Shown here in pieces: positions 7,191 through 16,230 of a DNA stretch of 64,000 bases. Under the pieces are notes generated by a model. That model made no database searches. It saw only the letters and a list, made by a program, of their open reading frames with translations, and was not told the DNA's origin. The stretch comes from Spirochaetia bacterium. GTDB taxonomy: Bacteria; Spirochaetota; Spirochaetia; CADAEX01. A program made the position numbers and the translations under genes. The stretch covers positions 37,554-101,553 of the forward strand of contig JAZURI010000007.1 in NCBI GenBank assembly GCA_045606105.1, in the 5' to 3' direction. Positions within the stretch are counted from its first letter, which is position 1. Each line of letters begins with the position of its first letter.

Positions 7191-8995
7191 TGGCTGCAGA
7201 AAGGATACCTCTCAGAAGCGAGATCCGTGCAGAAGACAAATGGGATCTTTCCTCCCTTTTCGTATCTGAGGAGGAATGGACAGCAGGACTTGAAAAGCTT
7301 AAGGGGATGATTCCTGTGCTGGGCTCCTTCAGGGGAACCCTGGGTAAATCGGCCGCCGCTCTCGCAGAATGTCTCGATTTCGTTTCCGGATATGAGCTTC
7401 TTGCAGAAAGACTGGGCAGCTATGCCATGCTCATGTTTTCCGGAGACGGCGGAGATCCTGAAAACCAGAAGCGGTACGGACTCTATATTTCCGCGGCGGT
7501 GGAGGGAGAAGCCTGTCTGAGTTATCTTGTACCTGAAATACAGGCTATACCTGACGATAAAATAGAAGAATTCATGAAGGATGATTCCCTTTCGGAATAC
7601 AGGATCTATCTTTCCAGGCTTCTCAGGATGAAGCCCCATGTCCTTTCCGAGAAGGAGGAAAAGCTTATGGCTCTCGGTTCCGAGGCAAACATGGCCTCAT
7701 CCAAGGCTTTTTCCGCCCTTACCGATATTGACATGGAATTCGGTACCGTTGAGGAAAACGGTACGGAAAAGGTTCTCAGCCAGTCCACCTTCACCTCTTT
7801 TCTCCTGAGCAGGGACCGCAGTATAAGGGAAAAAGCCTACAGACAGTTCTATGAGGGCTTTGATAAACATAAGAATACTATTGCCGCCCTTTATGCAGGC
7901 AATGTTCATCTTGATATTTTCAGGGCTAAGGCCAGAAATTATCCTTCATCCTTGGAGGCGGCCCTGTTTCCGGACAATGTTCCCGTAAGTGTGTACGAAA
8001 ATCTGATTGCTGCTGTTCATGACCGTTTTCCGGTTCTTCACCGCTATTATGAGCTTAAAAGGAAGGCCCTGGGAGTGGAAAGGCTTGCCCATTATGATGT
8101 TTACATGCCTTTTACCGATGCGGTGGAGGTAAGACATACCTATGATCAGGCTGTGGATACCGCAGTTGCCGCCCTGGCTCCTCTGGGAACCGAGTACTGC
8201 TCTGTCCTTAGACAGGGGCTGAAAGGGGGATGGGTAGACAAGTACGAAAACAAGGGAAAAAGATCCGGAGCTTTTTCTGCCGGTGTCTATACGGGAAATC
8301 CGTATATCCTTCTCAATTATAAAGAGGACAGGCTCAGGGATCTGTTTACACTGGTTCATGAGGGAGGCCATTCAATGCACTCCTGGTACAGCGTGAAATC
8401 CAACAGCTTCAGAAACTACGATTATACCATCTTTGAAGCCGAAACCGCCTCTACCTTCAATGAACAGCTGCTGGCCCGCTACCTTACCGACATGAACAGC
8501 GACAATCCGGACATGCTCCTTTACCTTGCAGGAAAGCAGGCTGATGATTTCGTGGCTACCGTTTTCAGACAGACCATGTTTGCCGAATTCGAAAAGAATA
8601 TACATGAGGCGGGAGAGAAGGGAATTCCCCTTACCCTGGAGCTTTTCAGAAGCGAATACAGGAAGCTGCTTGAGGCCTATTTCGGTCCGGATGTGCTCCT
8701 TGAGGATGTAAGCGATCTGGAGGGGCTCAGGATTCCTCATTTCTACAGGGCTTTCTATGTCTACAAGTATGCCACCGGTCTTTCTGCCGCAGTGGCCCTT
8801 TCCGGCAAAGTTCTTGACGGAGAAGAGGGTGCTGTAGAACGTTACCTCGGTTTCCTCTGTTCGGGCGGGACAAAATTTCCTCTCGATTCACTGAAGACTG
8901 CCGGTGTGGACATGAATTCTGCCGATCCCGTGAACCGTGCCATCGATTATTTTGAGAAACAATTGGATCTGATAGAAAAATTAATGAAAAAATAA
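7187..8995 (+). CDS. pepF: oligoendopeptidase F (M3B metallopeptidase)
   Basis: 602 aa with HEGGHSMH zinc motif and the typical M3B layout. The ATGA start overlaps the rdgB stop. Confidence 0.9.
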   Translation: MMAAERIPLRSEIRAEDKWDLSSLFVSEEEWTAGLEKLKGMIPVLGSFRGTLGKSAAALAECLDFVSGYELLAERLGSYAMLMFSGDGGDPENQKRYGLYISAAVEGEACLSYLVPEIQAIPDDKIEEFMKDDSLSEYRIYLSRLLRMKPHVLSEKEEKLMALGSEANMASSKAFSALTDIDMEFGTVEENGTEKVLSQSTFTSFLLSRDRSIREKAYRQFYEGFDKHKNTIAALYAGNVHLDIFRAKARNYPSSLEAALFPDNVPVSVYENLIAAVHDRFPVLHRYYELKRKALGVERLAHYDVYMPFTDAVEVRHTYDQAVDTAVAALAPLGTEYCSVLRQGLKGGWVDKYENKGKRSGAFSAGVYTGNPYILLNYKEDRLRDLFTLVHEGGHSMHSWYSVKSNSFRNYDYTIFEAETASTFNEQLLARYLTDMNSDNPDMLLYLAGKQADDFVATVFRQTMFAEFEKNIHEAGEKGIPLTLELFRSEYRKLLEAYFGPDVLLEDVSDLEGLRIPHFYRAFYVYKYATGLSAAVALSGKVLDGEEGAVERYLGFLCSGGTKFPLDSLKTAGVDMNSADPVNRAIDYFEKQLDLIEKLMKK

Positions 8996-9006
8996 CATTA
9001 CGGTTA

Positions 9007-9035
9007 TTGACAAACTTCAAGCTTATTTTTATAGT
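9007..9035 (+). promoter_or_regulatory. sigma-70 promoter for tRNA-Leu
   Basis: TTGACA (9007-9012), 17-nt spacer, TATAGT (9030-9035), 12 nt upstream of the tRNA 5' end. Confidence 0.6.
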
Positions 9036-9047
9036 GTTTCTATCAAT

Positions 9048-9131
9048 GCGGCGATGGTGAAATTGGTAGACACGTTAGCTTGAGGGGCTAATGGGAGTAT
9101 TCCCATGGAGGTTCAAGTCCTCTTCGCCGCA
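9048..9131 (+). tRNA. tRNA-Leu (anticodon GAG), long variable arm
   Basis: Hand-folded cloverleaf. Acceptor stem is gcggcga/tcgccgc, anticodon stem ttagc/gctaa with loop ttGAGgg, variable-arm hairpin ggga/tccc, and T arm ggagg-ttcaagt-cctct. Confidence 0.9.
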
Positions 9132-9132
9132 A

Positions 9133-9162
9133 AAGGTTCTGTTTAACAGAACCTTTTTTTTT
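9133..9162 (+). terminator. rho-independent terminator after tRNA-Leu
   Basis: Stem aaggttctg/cagaacctt with loop tttaa, followed by a 9-nt T-run. Confidence 0.85.
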
Positions 9163-9177
9163 GCTTAGGCGGTAAAC

Positions 9178-10521
9178 ATGAAAAGTGCAGATCTGATTCT
9201 TAAGAATGCGGCAGTGGTTACAATGAACTCCTCCATGGAGCTTTTCCTGAAGGGGGCTGTTGCCGTTACCGGAAATAAAATTATTGCAGTGGGGCCGGAA
9301 GAGGTTATCTGTGGGGAATATGCTGCAACCGAAACCCTGGACTGCGGCGGAAAGGTTCTCATGCCGGGTCTGGTAAACACCCATACCCATCTTCCCATGA
9401 ATCTTCTCAGGGGGATTTCCGATGACAGGGCCCTGGATGAATGGCTGGGCAAGTACATAATGCCTGCCGAAAGGATTTTCGTGAACAGGGAATTCTGCCG
9501 TATCGGAACAGAAATGGCCTGTGCCGAGCTTATCCAGGGGGGAGTCACCTCCTTTGCCGACATGTATTATTTCGAAGATACCGTTCTTGAGGCTGCAGCT
9601 TCTGCCGGTCTCAGGGGAATCGGTGCTGCCTCTGTCCTCATGTTTCCTACACCCGATGCCTCCGGTGCGGAGGAGGGGCTCCGTATTGCCCGGGAGCTGA
9701 TAGAGAAGTTCAGGGAGCATCCTCTGGTTGTTCCTGCAGTGGGTCCTCATGCTCCGTATACCACAACTCCGGAGATACTTAAAAAATGTGCCGGTCTTGC
9801 ACGGGAGTACGATGTGCCGGTTCTCATGCACCTGGCCGAAACCAAGGGTGAAAGAGAAAACGTGATCAGGGAATACGGCAAGGGGGTTATTTCCTATGTC
9901 TGTGACTGCGGTCTTCTTGCTGCAAAGCTTGTGGGAGCTCATCTGATTCATGTGGATGAGGATGAAATAAAGCTTCTGGCTTCAAAGGGGTGCGGTGCCG
10001 CGTTTAATCCCGGCTCGAACCTTAAGCTGGTTTCCGGCTTTCCGAAAATAACTGAATTTGCCGACAGAGGTGTCAGATGCGGTCTGGGTACCGACGGTGC
10101 CGCTTCCAACAATGATCTCGACATGTTTGAGGAAATGAGACTTGCCTCCTTTGTAGGGAAGCTCATGACCGGAAGTCCTGTTTCCCTTCCGGCGGTACAG
10201 GTTCTCCGTATGGCCACCATCGGAGGTGCCGAGGCTCTTTATATGGACGGTATCACAGGCTCGCTGGAGCCGGGCAAGAGGGCGGATCTTATCCTGGTGG
10301 ACATTTCAACTCCTCACAATGCCCCTTCCTTTGTCCATAATGACGAGAATATCTATTCAAGGCTGGTATATGCAACCAAGGCAAGCGATGTTACCCATGT
10401 CATGACAGAGGGAAAATGGCTTATGAAGGACCGTGTGCTGCTTACCCTGGATACAGACCGGATTCTGGCCGAGGCAGAAGGATGTGCCGGGGCCATCAGC
10501 CGGTATTTCCTGGAAAACTAG
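9178..10521 (+). CDS. mtaD: amidohydrolase, 5-methylthioadenosine/S-adenosylhomocysteine deaminase-like
   Basis: Metal-binding VNTHTHLPM, HLAETK and GTDGAASNN motifs. Length is 447 aa. Exact substrate was not determined. Confidence 0.7.
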   Translation: MKSADLILKNAAVVTMNSSMELFLKGAVAVTGNKIIAVGPEEVICGEYAATETLDCGGKVLMPGLVNTHTHLPMNLLRGISDDRALDEWLGKYIMPAERIFVNREFCRIGTEMACAELIQGGVTSFADMYYFEDTVLEAAASAGLRGIGAASVLMFPTPDASGAEEGLRIARELIEKFREHPLVVPAVGPHAPYTTTPEILKKCAGLAREYDVPVLMHLAETKGERENVIREYGKGVISYVCDCGLLAAKLVGAHLIHVDEDEIKLLASKGCGAAFNPGSNLKLVSGFPKITEFADRGVRCGLGTDGAASNNDLDMFEEMRLASFVGKLMTGSPVSLPAVQVLRMATIGGAEALYMDGITGSLEPGKRADLILVDISTPHNAPSFVHNDENIYSRLVYATKASDVTHVMTEGKWLMKDRVLLTLDTDRILAEAEGCAGAISRYFLEN

Positions 10522-11339
10522 AAGTTAAGATCCACCCCTTCAGGGAGAAGCTTCTCATCCTTTGTCTTCAGGTACTCTATAAGGATAGGGTATTCCGTAA
10601 GGAGTGCCCCGTATTTTTTAAGGGTTTCTATTCTCTTTTCTATCTCTGAAGTATAGACTGCGCTGTCCTTTTCCTGTGTCAGCACCAGCTCCTTCTTTGT
10701 TTCAAGCATTTCCAGGTACTGCTTTTTGCCCTCTGCATAAAGCTCTGTATCGGGAAAGCTCAGCGAAACAGCTTCAATGCCGATAATTTCTGCCTCTTCA
10801 AGGGAAGAAAGCCTTTCCATGATTTTTCCTGCAAGTGCCTCTCCCGATGCTGCCGGCCGTTTTTCCCTCAGGGCATTGCCGGTCTCCTCTGCCAGGACTG
10901 ATGAACAGATACCGGTTATCTTCTCTTCGGCATCCTTCAGTATATCCTCTGTCCCCTTGTCACCCATGAGTCCTGCCACAGCCAGGTTGTAGAGGCATTC
11001 TTCCTTTATTTTATAGGTAACCCTGAACTCGCAGCTGTAGGAAAAGTCGGGATTTCCCTCAAGCACGGTACTGTAGACACTTCCGGAAGGGTATTCTCCC
11101 GAAACCGAAATGCGGGAATCGGCTGTTTCGGTGCTGAAAATCCTTATTGTATGGTTATTGGGAATAAGCTTCTGCCATTTCCAGTTGATCTGTCCCGGCT
11201 TCATGAGGGAGCTGTCATAGCCGGCGATGTCGGAGTAGATGAGTCCGACGCTGTTCTCCGGAATCCTGACCCAGCCGAAGTAGAACACCGTACCGGAGAG
11301 AATAAGTAAAAGAATCAAAAAAACGATAAATTTCTTCAT
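10518..11339 (-). CDS. membrane-anchored protein, possibly SPFH/Band-7-like
   Basis: Start moved to ATG 11339 (MKKFIVFLILLLILSG...), which has SD AAGGTGG. It has one N-terminal TM helix followed by VRIPENSVGLIY...MKPGQINW, resembling the start of an SPFH domain, and a coiled-coil C-terminus. Confidence 0.4.
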   Translation of the reverse strand: MKKFIVFLILLLILSGTVFYFGWVRIPENSVGLIYSDIAGYDSSLMKPGQINWKWQKLIPNNHTIRIFSTETADSRISVSGEYPSGSVYSTVLEGNPDFSYSCEFRVTYKIKEECLYNLAVAGLMGDKGTEDILKDAEEKITGICSSVLAEETGNALREKRPAASGEALAGKIMERLSSLEEAEIIGIEAVSLSFPDTELYAEGKKQYLEMLETKKELVLTQEKDSAVYTSEIEKRIETLKKYGALLTEYPILIEYLKTKDEKLLPEGVDLNF

Positions 11340-11596
11340 TGACACCACCTTTTCTACAATTATATATAAAATTCGCAGGTTGGCAACCGAAATATAACCT
11401 CAAGTTCTGCTATGTATGACAATTTGTATATTATGTTATCGGAATGATAAACTAAGGTTATTGAAAAAATAAAATACAGTAAAATTAATGATGAAAAAAT
11501 TCTATTTCTTCCCGAATGCCGGGAGCTTTTTGGGAAGAAACCTAAAAAGTTATCGAAAAATTATTTTTTTTAATCTGAATACCGAGAAAAAAAATA

Positions 11597-11624
11597 TTGA
11601 CACTTGAGGAATTTGAAATATAAT
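11597..11624 (+). promoter_or_regulatory. sigma-70 promoter for the TRAP operon
   Basis: TTGACA (11597-11602), 16-nt spacer, TATAAT (11619-11624), 30 nt upstream of ATG 11655. Confidence 0.6.
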
Positions 11625-11654
11625 TAAAGAACATAAAAAAATAAAAGGAGAAAT

Positions 11655-12866
11655 ATGATGAAAAAAAGATGTGTTCTTACTACACTGCTTTTAATCGTTG
11701 TTCTGCTCGCAAGCTGTGGTGGAAATTCTGCACCAGCAGCAGCTGAAGCTGCACCTGCAGCAGCAGCCGCTCCGGTTGAAACATTCAACTGGAAGATGGT
11801 TTCATGTTGGTCACCACAGTATCACCTTGGAGACCAGGACCGTGAATTCATGGTTCGTCTTGATGCTCTCGTTGGCGATCAGATGAAAGTTGACTACTTC
11901 GTAGAAAACGCACTCGTAGGACCAAAAGAGGTTTTCGATGCAGTTAAAGACGACGTTGCTCAGTTTGGTTCCGACTATCCAGGATACTGGGCCGGAAAAG
12001 ACACAGCATTCAACCTGCTCTCTTCATGGCCAATGTGGATGGATGCATATGACTACATTAACTGGATCTACTACGATCCAAGTTTCGCTGGTCGTATGAA
12101 CGACGAAATCGCAAAACCAGGTAACAGCGTTGGACAGGGTATGAAAGAGTACAAGAGAGTATACGGAAACTTCGGAATCGAAGCATTCCCATTCGGACCT
12201 ATCACAATCGAATCTGGTCCTAGAGGTACAAAGCCTATCAAAGGTCTTGCTGACTACAAAGGACTCAAAATCAGAATGTCTGGTTCATCACAGGGACAGA
12301 TCCTGAAGAAACTCGATGCAGCTCAGGTTGGTATCCAGAGCTCAGAAGTTTATCAGGCTATGCAGACCGGTGTTATCGATGCAGCTGAATCTTGTACACC
12401 TTACCTCGACTGGGGTCTCGGATACAACGAAATCACAAAGTACTCATCACACCCAGGTTGGCACCAGCCAGGTTCTATGTGTTCTCTTCTCGTAAACAAG
12501 GCTAAATATGATGCTCTCCCACAGAACATCAAGTCAGCTATCGAAATTGCAGCTCAGGCAACAGCTCTGCAGACACTCGCAATGGAAGACAGAACATCAG
12601 GTATCTACACAAACAAATTCAAGAGCGAAGTTGGCGTACAGTCATTCAAGCTTCCTGAAGCAGACCTCAAGATTCTTGCTGGTTACAGTGTAGAAATTAT
12701 GTACGAATTTGCTGCAAAGAACCCTTCTTTCGCACAGACAGCTTACTCAATGGCTTCTTATATGCATGAGTATCAGGCTTGGAGACAGCTCAATGACATC
12801 TACGGTCATGGATGGGCAGATCTTCCACTTCCTGACCTTGCTAAGCTGAAAAGCTACATCAAATAA
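11655..12866 (+). CDS. dctP: TRAP transporter solute-binding lipoprotein (DctP family)
   Basis: Lipobox LLASCGG followed by an Ala/Pro linker. DctP-type fold sequence features are present. The Q and M permease genes follow. Confidence 0.8.
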   Translation: MMKKRCVLTTLLLIVVLLASCGGNSAPAAAEAAPAAAAAPVETFNWKMVSCWSPQYHLGDQDREFMVRLDALVGDQMKVDYFVENALVGPKEVFDAVKDDVAQFGSDYPGYWAGKDTAFNLLSSWPMWMDAYDYINWIYYDPSFAGRMNDEIAKPGNSVGQGMKEYKRVYGNFGIEAFPFGPITIESGPRGTKPIKGLADYKGLKIRMSGSSQGQILKKLDAAQVGIQSSEVYQAMQTGVIDAAESCTPYLDWGLGYNEITKYSSHPGWHQPGSMCSLLVNKAKYDALPQNIKSAIEIAAQATALQTLAMEDRTSGIYTNKFKSEVGVQSFKLPEADLKILAGYSVEIMYEFAAKNPSFAQTAYSMASYMHEYQAWRQLNDIYGHGWADLPLPDLAKLKSYIK

Positions 12867-12892
12867 GATTGCTTTTTGACGGAAGTTTCCGT

Positions 12893-12970
12893 AAAGTCTG
12901 TCGGGTAACCGGCAGACTTTATCAGGAGGCGCAAGCGGGCATCGGGCTAAAGCCTAATGCCCTTACTTTT
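12893..12970 (+). terminator. intra-operon stem-loops after dctP (partial terminator/attenuator or mRNA stabiliser)
   Basis: Hairpin B (12893-12920) has a 12-bp stem aaagtctgtcgg/ccggcagacttt with loop gtaa. Hairpin C (12937-12962) is gggcat...atgccc, followed by ttacttttt. Confidence 0.5.
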
Positions 12971-13099
12971 TGTAAAAAAAGAGCTTGTGTTTATTGGTTT
13001 GGAAACTATTAATTCTTGGTAAAATAATTTTCGAAAATCATTTAGATTTTCTTGCGAATAAAATAAATAGAGCTATTTATTTAGGAGAAATATTTTAAA

Positions 13100-13630
13100 A
13101 TGAGAAATTTGGCGCATAAGTACTGTTTTCTTGCCGACACTCTCAGTGACTGGGTAGGAAAAACATGTATGTGGTCTGCGGCAATTGGTATGCTTATCAT
13201 GATTTACGAAGTATTCACAAGATACGTATTCCACATGGCTAATGACTGGGTTTTTGAAACCACAATTATGATTTATGCTTTCCATTTCTGTATGTGTGCT
13301 TCTTATGCACTCAAAAATGGTGCGCATGTTGCTATTGACATCATTTCCGGAAGATGCAGCCTCAGAACACAGGCTATCCTGGATATGATTTCATACATTA
13401 TCTTTTTCTTTCCTTCTGTTGGTGTTGTATTCTTCAGAGGAATCAAGTTCGCAGCTGACTCATGGAGGATCAAAGAGGTTTCATGGTCAGAGTTCCCTGC
13501 ACCTATCTATCTTCAGAAGACTATCATTCCTGTAATGTCAGGTCTTCTCCTTATTCAGGGTCTTGCTATCTTCATCAGAAGAATTGAACAGGCAATTGAC
13601 GGTGACAACTACAAAAAGGAGGCAAAATAA
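13100..13630 (+). CDS. dctQ: TRAP transporter small permease (DctQ family)
   Basis: 176 aa with about 4 hydrophobic helices. It lies between dctP and dctM. Confidence 0.8.
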   Translation: MRNLAHKYCFLADTLSDWVGKTCMWSAAIGMLIMIYEVFTRYVFHMANDWVFETTIMIYAFHFCMCASYALKNGAHVAIDIISGRCSLRTQAILDMISYIIFFFPSVGVVFFRGIKFAADSWRIKEVSWSEFPAPIYLQKTIIPVMSGLLLIQGLAIFIRRIEQAIDGDNYKKEAK

Positions 13631-14994
13631 TGGGATTTGAAGGTTTTGTAATGACTCCTGGGTTCGTAGCCGTTGCTATGTTCATAGGTCTTTTGGCTGG
13701 TCTTTTCCTTGGCCACCCACTTGCATTCGTTCTTGGTGGACTTGCTGTTATTTTCGGTTTCTTCAGCCAGAAATATCACGTGGCATTCCCATCACTTATG
13801 ATGAATAAATTCAATGCGCAGATGTCCAACTACACCTATGTAGCCATCCTATTCTTTATATTCATGGCGAACTTTATGGGTGAGTCGGGTATGGCGGACG
13901 GTCTCTTCAAGTCTGTACAGTATCTGTTCGGACCGGTAAGAGGTGGTATTGCAGTTGCAGTAATCGTAGTATCTACACTCCTTGCTGCATGTACAGGTAC
14001 AACTGGTGCTTCCTGTGTAACAATGGGTGTACTCGCTCTTCCTGTAATGAAAGCTAACCATTACTCAATGAAGCTTTCCTGTGGTGCTATTGCCGGTTCA
14101 TCTGCTCTTGGTATTCTTATCCCGCCTAGTATCATGCTCCTCGTACTTGCTGAGCTTTCAGGTTGTACAGTAGGACAGCTCTTCGCAGGTTCTATCCTTC
14201 CTGGTATTCTCCTTGCTGTAATGTATATCATCTACGCAGTTTACCAGTGCTGGAGACACCCTTGGAAAGGTCCTGCTCTTCCTCTCGAAGTAAGAAGACA
14301 GGTTACAAGAGGTCAGCTTGCAAAAATGCTCATTATCAACCTCTGTCCTCCTCTTCTCCTTATCGGTGCCGTACTTGGTGTACTCTTCACAGGTGTTGCT
14401 ACACCTACTGAAGCATCTGCTACAGGTGCTTTCTGTGCACTCGGTCTTTACATCGGTTACGGAAGATTCTCATGGAAGGGTCTTGTAAAGATCATGGAAG
14501 ACACAGCTAACACAGTATCTATGGTACTTATCGTTATGACAGGTGCCGGATTCTTCACAGCTATCTTCATGGGTCTTGGTGGTGGAGACGTTATCCAGGG
14601 TATGATCCTTGGTTGCGGTCTCGGAAAATGGGGTACATATGCCGTAATGATGCTTATCTGCTTCTTCCTCGGTATGTTCCTCGACTGGACAGCTATCGTT
14701 ATGATTACTCTTCCAATCTACCTCCCAATCGCAGACCAGATGGGAATGGACAGACTTTGGTTCGTAGTATCTATCGCAGTAATGCTCCAGGACTCTTTCT
14801 GTACACCTCCGTTCGGATACAACCTGTTCTACCTGAAAGGTATTGCTCCGGAAGGTGTTACTACAGAAGATATCTATCTTGGTACTATTCCATATTGGGC
14901 AATCATGGAGTTGGGACTCGTTCTCTGCTGTGTATTCCCACAGCTCGTTACTTGGCTCCCAAGCGTTGCAGTTAAATTGCCTAACGCACAGTAA
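13630..14994 (+). CDS. dctM: TRAP transporter large permease (DctM family)
   Basis: 454 aa polytopic membrane protein. Its start overlaps the dctQ stop (TAATG). Confidence 0.85.
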   Translation: MGFEGFVMTPGFVAVAMFIGLLAGLFLGHPLAFVLGGLAVIFGFFSQKYHVAFPSLMMNKFNAQMSNYTYVAILFFIFMANFMGESGMADGLFKSVQYLFGPVRGGIAVAVIVVSTLLAACTGTTGASCVTMGVLALPVMKANHYSMKLSCGAIAGSSALGILIPPSIMLLVLAELSGCTVGQLFAGSILPGILLAVMYIIYAVYQCWRHPWKGPALPLEVRRQVTRGQLAKMLIINLCPPLLLIGAVLGVLFTGVATPTEASATGAFCALGLYIGYGRFSWKGLVKIMEDTANTVSMVLIVMTGAGFFTAIFMGLGGGDVIQGMILGCGLGKWGTYAVMMLICFFLGMFLDWTAIVMITLPIYLPIADQMGMDRLWFVVSIAVMLQDSFCTPPFGYNLFYLKGIAPEGVTTEDIYLGTIPYWAIMELGLVLCCVFPQLVTWLPSVAVKLPNAQ

Positions 14995-15016
14995 GAGCTG
15001 AAACAGTTATCAATAA

Positions 15017-15047
15017 GGTTGTCCCTCAGGGGGCAACCTGTTTTTTT
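15017..15047 (+). terminator. rho-independent terminator after dctM
   Basis: Stem ggttgtccc/ggggcaacc with loop tcag, followed by a 7-nt T-run. Confidence 0.8.
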
Positions 15048-15080
15048 CTAAAAATTTTCAACTAAAAGAAGGTAAAAAAA

Positions 15081-16181
15081 ATGGGATGTTGTTGTAAAGC
15101 TGCTATCTTTGAAGAAACAGGAAAACCAATCGAAATCAAAGAATTCGAAATTCCTCAGACAATTGAAGAAAATGCAATGCTTGTAAAGGTTACATTCGCT
15201 ACAATCTGCGGTTCTGACCTTCATACAATCACCGGTAAGAGAAAAGAGGCTGCTCCTCTTATCCTCGGACACGAGATTATCGGAACTATTGCTAAGCTCG
15301 GATCACCTAACCTTAAAGACGGTTACGGAAACGCTCTTAAGATCGGAGACAGAATTACTTGGACAATTATGGCTTCATGCGGTGAATGCTTCTACTGCCA
15401 GAAGGGTATTCCACAGAAGTGTGTAAAGCTTAAGAAATATGGTCATACATGCTGCTATGACAAGGAAATCAAGTCAGGACTGGTTGGCGGTTACGGCGAA
15501 TATGTATATATTCTCCCTGGAACAACAGTTTTCAAGCTTTCTGACAAGCTTTCCGACGAAGTTGCAACACCTGCTAACTGTGCTCTTGCTACAGTAGTAA
15601 ACGCTGTTGAAACAATCGGTGTAGAGAAGGGCGATGCAGTTCTTATCCAGGGTGCAGGTCTTCTCGGACTTAACGCATGTGCTCTTTCCGCAGCTGCAGG
15701 TGCAAAGGTAATCATCATCACAGACGTTGTTGATTCCAGACTTGAAGATGCAAAGAGATTCGGTGCAACACACACAATCAACCTCAAGGATGTTGCTGAT
15801 ACAGCAGACCTTGTAAACAAGATTAAAGAAATCGCTCCTTACGGAATCGATGCTGCTCTTGAATTCTGCGGACGTGCAGAAGCTGCTACACAGGCTATCG
15901 CTGCTCTCAGAATCGGTGGAAGATACATGATCGCTGGTATGGTTAACCCTACACCACTGGACATGGATGCAAACAACATCACAAGAAAGTGTCTTACAAT
16001 CAAGGGTATCCACAACTATGCTCCACAGCATCTCGGAATTGCTCTTAAGTTCCTTGAAGAGAACCAGGACAAATTCCCATACAAAGAGCTTGTTGGCGAA
16101 ACATTCCCACTGGAAAAGATTAACGAGGCTGTTGAAGTTTCCAAGTCTCAGAAATACATCAGAGTTGCTATCAAATACTGA
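15081..16181 (+). CDS. zinc-dependent medium-chain dehydrogenase/reductase (alcohol/polyol dehydrogenase-like)
   Basis: Catalytic Zn motif GHEIIGTI, structural Zn cysteines CGECFYCQKGIPQKC, and Rossmann motif GAGLLGL. Confidence 0.8.
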   Translation: MGCCCKAAIFEETGKPIEIKEFEIPQTIEENAMLVKVTFATICGSDLHTITGKRKEAAPLILGHEIIGTIAKLGSPNLKDGYGNALKIGDRITWTIMASCGECFYCQKGIPQKCVKLKKYGHTCCYDKEIKSGLVGGYGEYVYILPGTTVFKLSDKLSDEVATPANCALATVVNAVETIGVEKGDAVLIQGAGLLGLNACALSAAAGAKVIIITDVVDSRLEDAKRFGATHTINLKDVADTADLVNKIKEIAPYGIDAALEFCGRAEAATQAIAALRIGGRYMIAGMVNPTPLDMDANNITRKCLTIKGIHNYAPQHLGIALKFLEENQDKFPYKELVGETFPLEKINEAVEVSKSQKYIRVAIKY

Positions 16182-16195
16182 TTCTGATTTTTATT

Positions 16196-16224
16196 CCCTC
16201 CCCTCCCGGGAGGGATTTTTTTTC
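16196..16224 (+). terminator. rho-independent terminator after the dehydrogenase gene
   Basis: Stem tccctccc/gggaggga with loop tccc, followed by a 9-nt T-run. Confidence 0.8.
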
Positions 16225-16230
16225 TGAAAT

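Noticed and set aside
9088-9951. A 287-aa minus-strand ORF.
   Set aside because: It lies antisense to the well-supported MtaD-like gene and runs through the tRNA-Leu gene and its terminator. It has odd composition (Cys/His/Arg/Gly-rich) and no SD. It is a shadow ORF.
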